Positions 10,276 through 20,385 of a DNA stretch of 21,808 nucleotides are shown piece by piece (the stretch's first letter is position 1; each line of letters starts with the position of its first letter). A program made the translations under genes and the position numbers. The notes below the pieces were generated by a model. The model made no database searches. It was not told where the DNA came from and saw only the letters and a program-made list of their open reading frames with translations. The stretch is from Octopus sinensis (lineage: Eukaryota): assembly GCF_006345805.1 (NCBI RefSeq), contig NW_021823632.1, positions 1 to 21,808 of the forward strand. Reading direction: 5' to 3'.

Positions 10276-10782
10276 TCTATATATATAAAACTCTAGTTGT
10301 GTGATTGTCTGTCCCCTTCGATTTAGATTCCTAACTACTCCCACATTTTGCGGTGCAGTTTAACCAAATTCGGGTATCTTATAGTCGTGATTCATATCGA
10401 GCCCGTCTGACTATTAACGCGCGTCAACGATGAGTCTATGATTTTAAAAATAATTTAACATAATTTTTTATTCCATTTTAATGCATAAAATGCATCGTAT
10501 GTCGATGGCGGCGGAGTTGGCGTCCACGCTCACAGCTGCACCTGTTTGCTTCTCCCCCTTCCCTCCCTCGTGAAGCTGTGGGGAAGGAGTGTAAAGAAAT
10601 CAACGTCGTAATGCGTTGTGAAGGAAACCAGCGTTCTTTTAGAACAACGACTTCATGGCTTGAAGACACCAAAACGAAAATGGCTAAGAAAGCCCGAATT
10701 TATAAGGGAAGTAACTCTCTAAAAATGCTTATATAGTAGTTATTCCCTTACAAACCCGAGCAAAGCCGGGCGATACTGCTAG
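10276..10782 (+). mobile_element. Non-autonomous Helitron (complete termini)
   Basis: 5' A|TCTATATATATAAAAC, a 3' GC hairpin CCCGAGCAAAGCCGGG (10755-10770), an 8-nt spacer and CTAG|T. The A|T insertion site without a TSD is the standard Helitron signature. Confidence 0.8.
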
Positions 10783-10822
<40 letters not shown>

Positions 10823-13800
10823 TTCACAGGCAAGGAATACAGGTACAAGATTTTCTGGGCAGGGAACACTGACGGGGTAGGGTGCGTGGGTATACTTCTT
10901 GCAGAGAAATGGGTTGATAAGGTAGTCGAGGTAGTCAGAGTATGTGACAGAATCCTTAAGATTAGACTAGTGCTTTATCATAGGTCAGCAACCATTATCT
11001 CGGCGTATGCCCCTCGGCCGGGGCTACCAGAAGGACAGAAAGACCGATTCTATGACACCCTATTACTGACTACCTCGTTGACAAATGACAGTGACCTTCT
11101 CTTTGTGGCAGGTGATTTCAATGGACATGTTGGACGGCATGTCGGGGGCTTCCACGGCATACACGGGGCCATGGTTTTGACTCTCGCAACGAGGAGGGAA
11201 CCAGGCTGCTGGAGTTCTGCGATGCAAATGACCTTATGATTTGCAATACCAACTTCAGGAAACCCACCTCTCACCTAGTCACCTACCGTTCTGGCAGACA
11301 CACTAGCCGGATCGACTACATCCTCGCCAGAAAGAGGGAAAAAGGGCTGCTTATTAATGCCAAAACCTTCCCAGGTGAGGAATGTACCCCTCAACATAGA
11401 TTAGTAGTTAGCGACTTCAGAATCAGGGCCAAATGGATGCCCAGAATAAGACCAGTTCGGAGGAGAAGAGTCTGGAAACTTAAAGATCCTGTAAATGGTC
11501 GGAGATTTAGAGAAGTTCTACTCGAAGCTTTCGACGAAATAGAAGGGGATATAGCATCACAAAATGTGGAAGCCAACTGGAGGTTTCTACGGGACAATCT
11601 GCTGAAAGCCACTGACCAGATCTGTGGATGGAGCAAAGTCCCATCTCGTCCCAGGGTAACGTGGTGGTGGAACAGTGTTGTAGACAGGGCTATTAGAGAC
11701 AAGAGACAGGCTTGGAAGGACTGGAAGAAAGGCGGTAGTAGGGAATTGTATCAGACTGCGAAAAGAGAAGCTAGGAGACAGGTATATTTAGCTAGAGGGG
11801 AAGCAGATAAGAAAAAGGACCAAAGACTTGAGGTGTTTCGTGTTGCAAGACAGTGTGTGAAGAGAATCGTGATGTGGTAGGAGAGAAATGTGTTCGCATG
11901 GATGATGGTTCACTTGCGCTGAATGAGGATGCAAAGAGAGAGGTTTGGAGATGCCACTATGAAAGGTTGCTCAACAAAGAGAATGAATGGGATAAAGAGA
12001 GTCTGCCGAATGTCGACCCAAAAGAGGGACCAGCTATCCGAGTTGACAGTTCCATGGTAGTTAAGGTAATTAGTAGCATGAAGAATGGGAAAGCCCCAGG
12101 CCCATCAGGAATTACTGCTGAGATGCTCAAAATATCTGGCAGTGTCGGCTATAGCCTAGTCACCCATATAGTTAACCAGGTGATACACGAAGGAGTCATA
12201 CCCAATGACTGGTGTAGTAGCATAATAGTCAACTGCTACAAAGGTAAGGGTGACGCTCTAGATACAAGTAATTACAGAGGTATCAAGCTGTTGGATCAGG
12301 TAATGAAGGTTACGGAAAGCATCATAGCCCAACTGATTAGAGAGAGAGTCAACCTAGACGAGATGCAGTTTGGTTTCGTGCCAGGGAAAAGCACCACTGA
12401 TGCCATATTTCTGGTGAGACAGCTGCAGGAGAAATACCTAGCGAAAGATAAAACTCTGTACCTGGCTTTCGTTGACTTGGAGAAAGCCTTTGACAGGGTC
12501 CCCCGTTCCCTTATCTGGTGGTCAATGAGGAAACTAGGTATAGATGAATGGTTAGTGAGAGCTGTGCGTGCCATGTACAGGGACGCTGTTAGTAAGGTGA
12601 GGGTTGGCAACGAGTACAGCAAAGAATTCCAGGTGGAGGTTGGGGTCCACCAAGGCTCAGTCCTCAGCCCCCTCCTATTTATCATAGTCCTCCAGGCAAT
12701 AACGGAGGAATTCAAGACAGGATGCCCCTGGGAGCTCCTCTATGCTGATGACCTTGCTCTAATTGCTGAATCACTATCGGAACTCGAGGAGAAGTTTCAG
12801 GTGTGGAAGCAAGGATTAGAATCGAAGGGCCTTAGAGTCAATCTAGCTAAAACCAAAGTCCTAATAAGTAGGAAGGTAGACAAATTTCAAACGCCATCAG
12901 GTAGATGGCCCTGCTCGATCTGTAGAAAAGGCGTAGGTAGGAACTCTATAAGATGCACCAAGTGTAAGCTATGGACACATAAGAGGTGCAGCAATGTCAA
13001 AGGAAGGCTAACTAGGAAAATAGTTTTGTATGTGGCAGATGCTCTGGTGCAATAAACACTGAAAATGCGCAGAGACCGTCTTCCGCCACATTCCAGGGAG
13101 AAAAACTAGAAATAGTTGATAGTTTCCGTTACCTAGGTGATCAAGTCAGTAGTGGGGGTGGGTGTGCCGAAAGTGTAACTGCTAGAGTAAGAATAGCCTG
13201 GACAAAGTTCAGAGAGCTCTTACCTCTGCTGGTGACAAAAGGCCTTTCGCTCAGAGTAAAAGGCAGACTGTATGACGCATGTGTGCGAACAGCCATGCTA
13301 CATGGCAGTGAAACATGGGCTGTGACTGCTGAGGATATGCGTAAGCTTGCAAGAAATGAAGCCAGTATGCCCCGTTGGATGTGTAATGTCAGTGTTCATA
13401 CCAGACAGAGTGTAAGTGCCTTGAGAGAAAAGTTGGACCTAAGAGGTATCAGATGTGGTGTGCAAGAGAGGCGTCTACGCTGGTATGGACACGTAGTAAG
13501 AATGGATGAAGATAGTTGTGTGAAAAAGTGCCACACCCTGGCAGTTGAGGGAACCTGTGGAAGAGGCAGACCCAGGAAAACCTGGGACGAGGTGGTGAAG
13601 AACGACCTTCGCTCTTTAGGTCTCACCAGAGATCAAGACCTTTGGAAGTATGCTGTGCGTGAGAAGACCCGGATGGACAAGTGAGGCCATACCCCATGGC
13701 CCCTATCTGGAACGTAGTCAGTGCACCTATGCATACCTTCCTTCTTGGGGCACATAACTCTACTTGTGAAGACCTGTTGAGGCAAGTGAAAATGGACAAA

Positions 13801-14161
13801 ATCAAAGCAAACTCGATGAACACTAATGGAATTTGTAGTTTTGTGGTACCAGTGCCGGTGGCACATACAAAAACCATCCGAACGTGGCCGTAGCCAGTAC
13901 CGCATTGACTGGCCTCCATGCCAGTGGCACATAAAAAAACACCATCCAAGTGGCCATTCGCCAGCCTCATCTGGCACCTGTGTCGGTGGCACATAAAATC
14001 ACCCACTACACTCTCGGAGTGGTTGGCGTTAGGAAGGGCATCCAGCTGTAGAAACACTGCCAGATCTGACTGGCCTGGTGCAGCCTTCGGCTTCCCAGAC
14101 CCCAGTTGAACCGTCCAACCCATGCTCGCATGGAAAGCGGACGTTAAACGATGATGATGAT
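10823..14161 (+). mobile_element. RTE-clade LINE, copy 1, 5'-truncated inside the APE endonuclease: EN-RT(PHD insert)-C-term, 3' UTR, (GAT)n tail
   Basis: APE motifs (SAYAP, AGDFNGHVG, SRIDYIL, PQHRLVV) and RT motifs (KAPGPSG, NYRGIKLL, QFGF, AFVDLEKAFDRV, GVHQGSVLSPLLF, YADD at 12741, FRYLG at 13124). The frame is broken only by -1 indels near 11168, 11860 and 13027. ORF stop at 13682-13684; tail CGGACGTTAAACGATGATGATGAT. Confidence 0.95.
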
Positions 14162-14279
14162 ATACACACGCGGCTGTAATAGATATAGGTTTTTAGGCGT
14201 TTAATTGAACACGAGTGTATATTTAATGTAATTGTTAAGTGAATGTCTCTGATGTTTTATGTTTTTTTCTTCCTTTCAG

Positions 14280-14436
14280 CCGTAAAATTGGTGCTGTGGC
14301 CTCCTTAGTCTCCAGGGGAGCAAATGTTAATAAGCAGAACTCATGGGGCAACACACCTCTACATCGGGCTGCGCAGAACAACTATGATGATGTAGTCAAA
14401 GTCCTGTTAAGTAGCAAAGGAAATAACATTTTACAG
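14280..14436 (+). CDS. Ankyrin-repeat protein, coding exon 3: (N)RKIGAVASLVSRGANVNKQNSWGNTPLHRAAQNNYDDVVKVLLSSKGNNILQ
   Basis: TTTTTTTCTTCCTTTCAG| acceptor (14279) and CAG|GTTAGC donor (14437). 157 nt, phases 2-0. The AA+C junction gives Asn and keeps the ankyrin register (GANVN, GNTPLH). Confidence 0.9.
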
Positions 14437-14519
14437 GTTAGCGAATACATTTATATTTGTGTATATAGATATGTATATATATGAATGTGTGTGTGTTATA
14501 TGTATATGATATATACATA

Positions 14520-15240
14520 CAGTTTAGTGCCCCAAATTTCGTTTCTTCATAACTGATGATTCATGTTTTTTTAAATAAAAGTTGCTGCAAGACTTCCTTT
14601 TCTACCCCACAAAAAAACCACCCTTTCTTTAAATTTTTTTCCCCGACACAAATCCCGCTTTTCGGTTAAGGGAAATATGAATCTGCAAAAAAATTGGCAA
14701 AAATCGGCATTTTTAAATTACCCCCCATCTCTATTTCCTTCATTCTTTACTTTTTTCACAATTTTTTTTTTCAGAATATGCGGAAAAATACGGAGATGAT
14801 GATTCGGACAAAAATTTCAAAACATTTCCATAGTTAGGGTTAGGGTTAGTGTTGGGGAAAAAACGTCAGAGTTGAAGAATTTGGGAGGGGGTGGAAATTC
14901 CACTGCTGATTTTTGGCAATTTTCCGGCAAAAAATTTTTTTAAATAAACAAATTTAGGAGAAAATGGTGGTGGCGGGGGGACTCTTTTGAAAGTTGCTCA
15001 TTTCCTTGTGTGTAGATGATGATTATGGTAATAAAATAAATAACTTTGATGAGTTGCAGATCAATACCCCTCCTCCCACAACACTCACTTTTTCACTTTC
15101 TTTCTCACAATCCAGACATAATTGTTTGCTACAACATGGAAAAGGGTGGATTTCTGTTAAATTTCATTGAAAAATGGGTGGTCTTTTGGAAATGGTCTCA
15201 CAAAATGGAAATTATTTGTTCAGCAGTTTCTCTAAACAGT
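14520..15240. repeat. Degenerate palindromic non-coding element (possible old MITE) with a central TTAGGG run
   Basis: Inverted pairs at 14690-14709 / 14904-14923 and about 14610-14627 / 15139-15157, with GTTAGGGTTAGGGTTAG at 14833-14849. Boundaries are uncertain. Confidence 0.35.
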
Positions 15241-15272
15241 TTATATTTTTTTAATTTTAAATTTTCTTCACA

Positions 15273-18047
15273 CAGACCTATTACTCAAAGCCTTTGACGA
15301 AATAGAAGGGGATATAACATCATATGATGTTGAAGACAACTGGAGGTTTCTACGGGACAACCTGCTGGGGGCCACTGACCAGATCTGTGGATGGTGCAAA
15401 GTCCCCTCTCGACCTAAGGTAACGGTGGTGGAACAGCATTGTTGACAGGGCTATTAGACAAAAGAAACAGGCTTGGAAGGACTGGAAGAGCGGTGGTAGC
15501 AGGGAATTGTATCAGACTGCCAGAAGGGAAGCTAGGAGACAGGTTTATTTAGCCAGAGGGGAAGCAGATAAGAAAAAATTTGCCAATGTTCTGTGCCATG
15601 AAGACCAAAGACTTGAGGTATTTTGTGTTGCAAGACAGTGTGTGAGAGAGAATCATGATGTCGTAGGAGAGAAATGTATCCGCATGAATGATGGTTCACT
15701 TGCATTAAACGAGACTGCAAAGAGAGAGGTTTGGAAATGCCACTATGAAAGGTTGTTCTTTAAAGAGAATGAATGGGAGAAAGAGAGTCTGCTGAATGTC
15801 GACCCAACAGAGGGATCAGCTATCCGAGTTGACATACCTTGGTAGATAAAGCAATTAAGAGTATGAAGACAGGGAAAGCCCCCAGCCCATCAGGAATCAC
15901 CACAGAGATACTCAAAATATCTGGCAGTGTTGGCTATAGCCTAGTTACCTGTCTAGTTGACCAGGTGATACATGAAGGACTCATACCTATGACTGGTGTA
16001 GTAGCACTATAGACAACTGCTACAAAAGTAAAGGTGACGCTTTAGATACAAATAATTATTGAAGTATTAAGTTGTTGGATCAGGTAATAAAGGTCACGGA
16101 GAGGGTCATAGCCCAACTAATTAGGGAGAGAGTCAGTTTAGATGAGATGCTGCTTAGGTTCATGCTAGGGAAAAGCACCACTGATGCTATATTTCTGGTA
16201 AGACAGCTGCAGGAGAAATACCTAGCCAAAGATAAACCTCTGTACCTGGCTTTCGTTGACATGGAGAAAGCCTTTGACAGGGTCCTCCGATCCCTTATCT
16301 GGTGCTCAATGAGGAAACTAGGGATAGGTGAATGGTTAGTGAGAGCTGTGCAAGCCACATACAGGGACGCTGTCAGTAAGGTGAGGGTTGGCAACGAGTA
16401 TAGAGAAGAATTCCGAGTAGGGGTAGGGGTCCACCAAGTATCTGTCCTTAGCCCCCGCTTATTCATCATAGTCCTCCAAGCAATAACAGAGGAATTCAAG
16501 ACATGATGCCCCTGGGAGCTCCTCTATGCTGATGACCTTGCTCTAATTACTGAGTCACTATCAGAACTAGAGGAAAAGGTTCAGGTGTCGAAGCAAGGAT
16601 TAGAATCGAAGGTCCTTAGAGTCAACCTAGCTAAAACCAAAGTCTTAATAAGTAGCAAGGCAGACAAATCACAAACACCTTCAGGTAGATGGCCCTGCTC
16701 AATCTGTAGAAAAGGTGTAGGTAGAAACTATAAGATGTATCCAGTGTAAGCTATGGACACATAAGAGGTGCAGTAATATCAAAGGAAGGCTAACTGGGAA
16801 GATAGTTTTTGTATGTGGCAGATGCTCAGGTGCTATAAACACGGAAAATGCGCAGAGAACAGCTTCTGTCACATTCCAGGGAAAAAAACTAGAAGTAGTG
16901 GATAGCTTCCATTAACTAGGGGACCAAGTCAATAGCAGGGGTGGATGCTCTGATAGTGTAGCTGCTAGAATAAGAATAGCCTGGGCAAAGTTCAAAGAGC
17001 TCCTACTCCTGCTGGTGACAAAGGGCCTCTCACTCAGAGTAAAAGGTTGACTGTATGACGCATGTGTACAAACAGCCATGCTACATGGCAGTGAAACATG
17101 GGCTGTGACTGCTGAGGACATGGCTAAGCTTGCAAGGAATGAAGCCAGTATGCTCCACAGGATTTGTGATGTCTGTGCATACATGGGAGAAAAGTTGGTG
17201 TGCAGGAGAGATGACTGCGCTGCTATGGTCATGTGTTGCGAATGAATGAGGACAGCTGTGTGAAAAAGTGTTACACCCTAGCAGTTGAGAGAACCTGTGG
17301 AAGAGGTAGACCCAGGAAAACCTGGGATGAGGTGGTGAAGCATGGCCTTCCAACATTGGATTTTACCGAGGCAATGACTAGTGACCGGGACCTTTACAGA
17401 TATGCTGTGCTTGAGAAGACTCGACAAGCCAAGGGAAACCATGGCCTATGCCAGTGGATGTAACCAGCCCACTTAGGAATACTCATTCATTGGAAGATAA
17501 ACCGAAGAACTATTGAGGCAAGTGAAATCAAAATTGCTGATGCGGCCGACGACAGTACCGCCTGATTGGCACTCATGCCAGTGAAACGTTAAAAGCACAT
17601 CCGAATGTGGGGTGTAACCAGGACACTTATGGGTACCCCTCATTCATTGGACAATGAACTTTGCTTGTGAAGACTTTTTGAGGCCAGTGAAAACAAACCA
17701 CAATCGCTGACGTGGCCGATGACAGTACCACTGATGCCAGTGGAAAGTTAAAAGCACATCCAAGCGTGATCGTTGCCAGGGCCATGGATTGGCTCCCGTG
17801 CCAGTGACACATGAAAAACAACATTCAAGCATCATCATTGCCAGTGCCACCGGACTGGCTCCCATGCCGGTGGCACAAAAGAGGACTCAACTAGACTCTC
17901 GGAGTGGTTGGCATTAGGAAGGACATCCAGCTGTAGAAACATTGCCTGACCAGATTGAGCCTGGTGCAGCCTCTGGCTCACCAGTCCTCAGTCAAACCGT
18001 CCAACCCATGACAGCATGGAAAGCGGACGTTAAACGATGATGATGAT
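15273..18047 (+). mobile_element. RTE-clade LINE, copy 2, further 5'-truncated and decayed (same family as 10823-14161)
   Basis: Colinear with 11510-14161 (8 mismatches in one 60-nt window compared by eye). It has multiple stops and frameshifts (e.g. TAG 15843, TGA 16504), a YADD remnant, a PHD remnant at 16696-16825 and the same (GAT)n tail. Confidence 0.93.
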
Positions 18048-18166
18048 ATCTATACATACATATGCAAATATACACACACATAAACACATATATACACAAA
18101 AATACATAAACAAGTGATCAGTGAAAATATAAAACATGTATGTATATATATATGGATGTGAGAGTG

Positions 18167-18210
<44 letters not shown>

Positions 18211-18376
18211 TGTGGGTACAGGTATGATATGAACCTCATTTATTTACTCCTCTCCAACTTCATTCCACCTGTTTATTAATCTGATTCTTTCTCTTTTTCT
18301 GAAATTTTTCATTTTTGCTCCGCCCCCCCATTCACTTGACGCCATCTTTAATGTCTTTATTGTTTATCTTTTTTAG

Positions 18377-19040
18377 GTCACTCAGCCAAATAATGATCAT
18401 TGGACCCCTCTACATGTTGCCTCTTATCAAGGACACACAGACACAGCTAAACTTCTCCTACAACAAAAGGACACTGATGTGAGGGTGAAGGACAAAGATG
18501 GTTGGACACCTCTACATCTTGCCTGTCAGAATGGACACACAGACACAGCTAAACTTCTCATACAACAAAAGGGCACTGATGTGAGGGTGGTGGGCAACAA
18601 TGGTTGTACACCTCTACATCTTGCCTCACTTCAAGGACACACAGACACAGCTAAACTTCTCCTACAACAAAATGGCACTGATGTGAGGGTGGTGGACAAA
18701 GATCGTTGGACACCTCTACATCTTGCCTCACTTCATGGACACACAGACACAGCTAAACTTCTCATACAACAAAAGGGCACTGATGTGAGTGTGGTGACCA
18801 ACGATGGTTGGACACCTCTACATCTTGCCTCACTTCATGGACACACAGACACAGCTAACTTCTCCTACAACAAAATGGCACTGATGTGAGGGTGGTGAGC
18901 AACGATGGTTGGACACCTCTACATCATGCCTCTTATAATGGACACACAGACACAGCTGAACTTCTCCTACGACAAAATGGCATCAATGCCAATAAAATGG
19001 ACAATGATGGTGACACTCCTCTCCATGTGGCAGTTCAAAA
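18377..19040 (+). CDS. Ankyrin-repeat protein, coding exon 4: six 34-aa repeats plus the start of a seventh; contains a -1 frameshift at 18857-18858
   Basis: TTTATCTTTTTTAG| acceptor (18376) and AA|GTAAGT donor (19041). W/C/D-TPLH cores start at 18401, 18503, 18605, 18707, 18809, 18910 and 19012. Restoring one A gives 665 nt, phases 0-2, and continuity with exon 5. Confidence 0.9.
18389..19038 (+). repeat. Coding tandem repeat, 102-bp unit, about 6.4 copies
   Basis: Core spacing is 102,102,102,102,101,102 nt. The block GGACACACAGACACAGCT is identical in all six full units. Confidence 0.97.
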
Positions 19041-19821
19041 GTAAGTCCCCAATGGATTTGGATTATCCAGATCTTTTTCTTTAATGTTTTCAATAACGTT
19101 TGTTTTCTTGTTTTGAGTCATTCATGTCATAATCCCACCATGGGACGTCGTGCTTCAACTCTCTCTCTCACACTCTAATGACACTGTAACCTACTTCATT
19201 AATTAATCATCATAATTATTATTGTTGCTGTTGTTACCTGACTAGATTCTTACTTCATCTCATCCTTCGTTACCTCAACGTTACAAGTTCAAATCTTTCC
19301 TTTTCTTCTTTTCATTCCATATAAAACCCTCACCCCCTCTCTCTTATAATTTTCCTCTTTCCTCTGACCCTGGGCTAAATGCAGAATCATTCCCTTACAG
19401 TGTTTAGTTTGATCTGTTTATGTTCCAAGTTCAAATCCTGCCAGAGTATTTATTAACAACCTGGAGTGAAAATCTGTACCAGTAATATCCAGGGGTTCAT
19501 TTAATAAATTGTCCTCCCTCTTTTCTCCTGTTTTTGTGTCTGATTGCTGTTGGGCAAAATACCTTGTGGTATTTATTTACCACACTTTATGTTCAGAGTT
19601 CAAATCCTGCTGAGGTCACCTTGTCCTTCCATCTTTGCTAGGCTAATAAAATACAATACCAGTCATGTACTGGGGTCCTTATAATCCACATTAACGCTTC
19701 TCCCCATCCTAAATTTCATGGCTATATAACAGTTGTTCATCATACCATATATAGACTGCCGTGTTTACTCAGGTGTGTATATATATCGTTGGTCTATAAT
19801 GTAGAGAGTATATCGAATATA

Positions 19822-20362
19822 CGAGGGGGTACCCAAAAGTGGCCGGAAAGGTTTCTGTAGGGCACGGCCATTGAAGTTCAGGCTTCTGCTGCTAGAAGCC
19901 ACTTGATGCGATACTCAGGCATCAGCTTGCCAAGTGGCATCTTTGAGGATGGTGCTGTTACCATGTGGTGCATCTTTGTTTTGCAGGGCTTCTCCCCTGT
20001 TCGAGTTTTGCAATGGCTGAAATGAAGGATCAGCTTGCTTCCATGAAATTCTGTTTTCTGCTGGAGAAAACGGCAGCCGAAACAGTTGTCATGCTTCAAA
20101 CAGTTTACGAGGACACTGCCATGATGCCACGAGCAAAACACAAAATCACGAGTGGTTTTCATGCTTTCGAATGGTCACTTGTCACTTGAGGTCCAACCTC
20201 ATTCAGGGCAGTTCCAGCACTGCTACAAATAGTGGGAAACATGTCGGGTCGATGCATTGCTTCAAATGGGGACTACTTTGACGGTGATAATAGTGTTAAT
20301 ACGTAAAACTAAGCAAAGAAAATAATATTGCAAAATTCTGGGCCTTCTAGGTCCCCACCTCA
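19822..20362 (+). mobile_element. Internally deleted mariner (Tc1/mariner) DNA transposon
   Basis: TA|CGAGGGGGTACCCAAAAG ... CTAGGTCCCCACCTCA|TA (degenerate TIRs, TA TSD). From ATG 20013 it reads MAEMKDQLASMKFCFLLEKTAAETVVMLQTVYEDTAM (mariner N-terminal HTH). This is fused near 20210 to the C-terminal FQHCYK*WETCRVRCIASNGDYFDGD, so the DD34D catalytic domain is absent. Confidence 0.85.
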
Positions 20363-20385
20363 TATATATATATATATAATATATA

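Noticed and set aside
14833-14849. Telomere or chromosome-fusion scar
   Set aside because: There are under three TTAGGG units in one orientation inside an intron. It is kept only as part of the inverted-repeat cassette finding.
11391-16499. Minus-strand ORFs 11391-11702, 12296-12715, 13396-13626 and 16080-16499
   Set aside because: These are antisense shadows of the LINE coding strand with no recognisable domain. Their recurrence in both copies follows from homology.
10823-19040. RT next to near-identical repeats with variable codons, suggesting a diversity-generating retroelement or retron-like system
   Set aside because: The RT is a eukaryotic APE-RT LINE (YADD, (GAT)n tail) lying in introns. 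Repeat variation includes G/C and G/T changes and is not adenine-specific, and there is no template/variable repeat pair. Proximity is explained by TE density.
18377-19040. Regular direct repeats resembling a CRISPR array
   Set aside because: The units are contiguous 102-bp in-frame ankyrin codons with no unique spacers, in a spliced eukaryotic exon.
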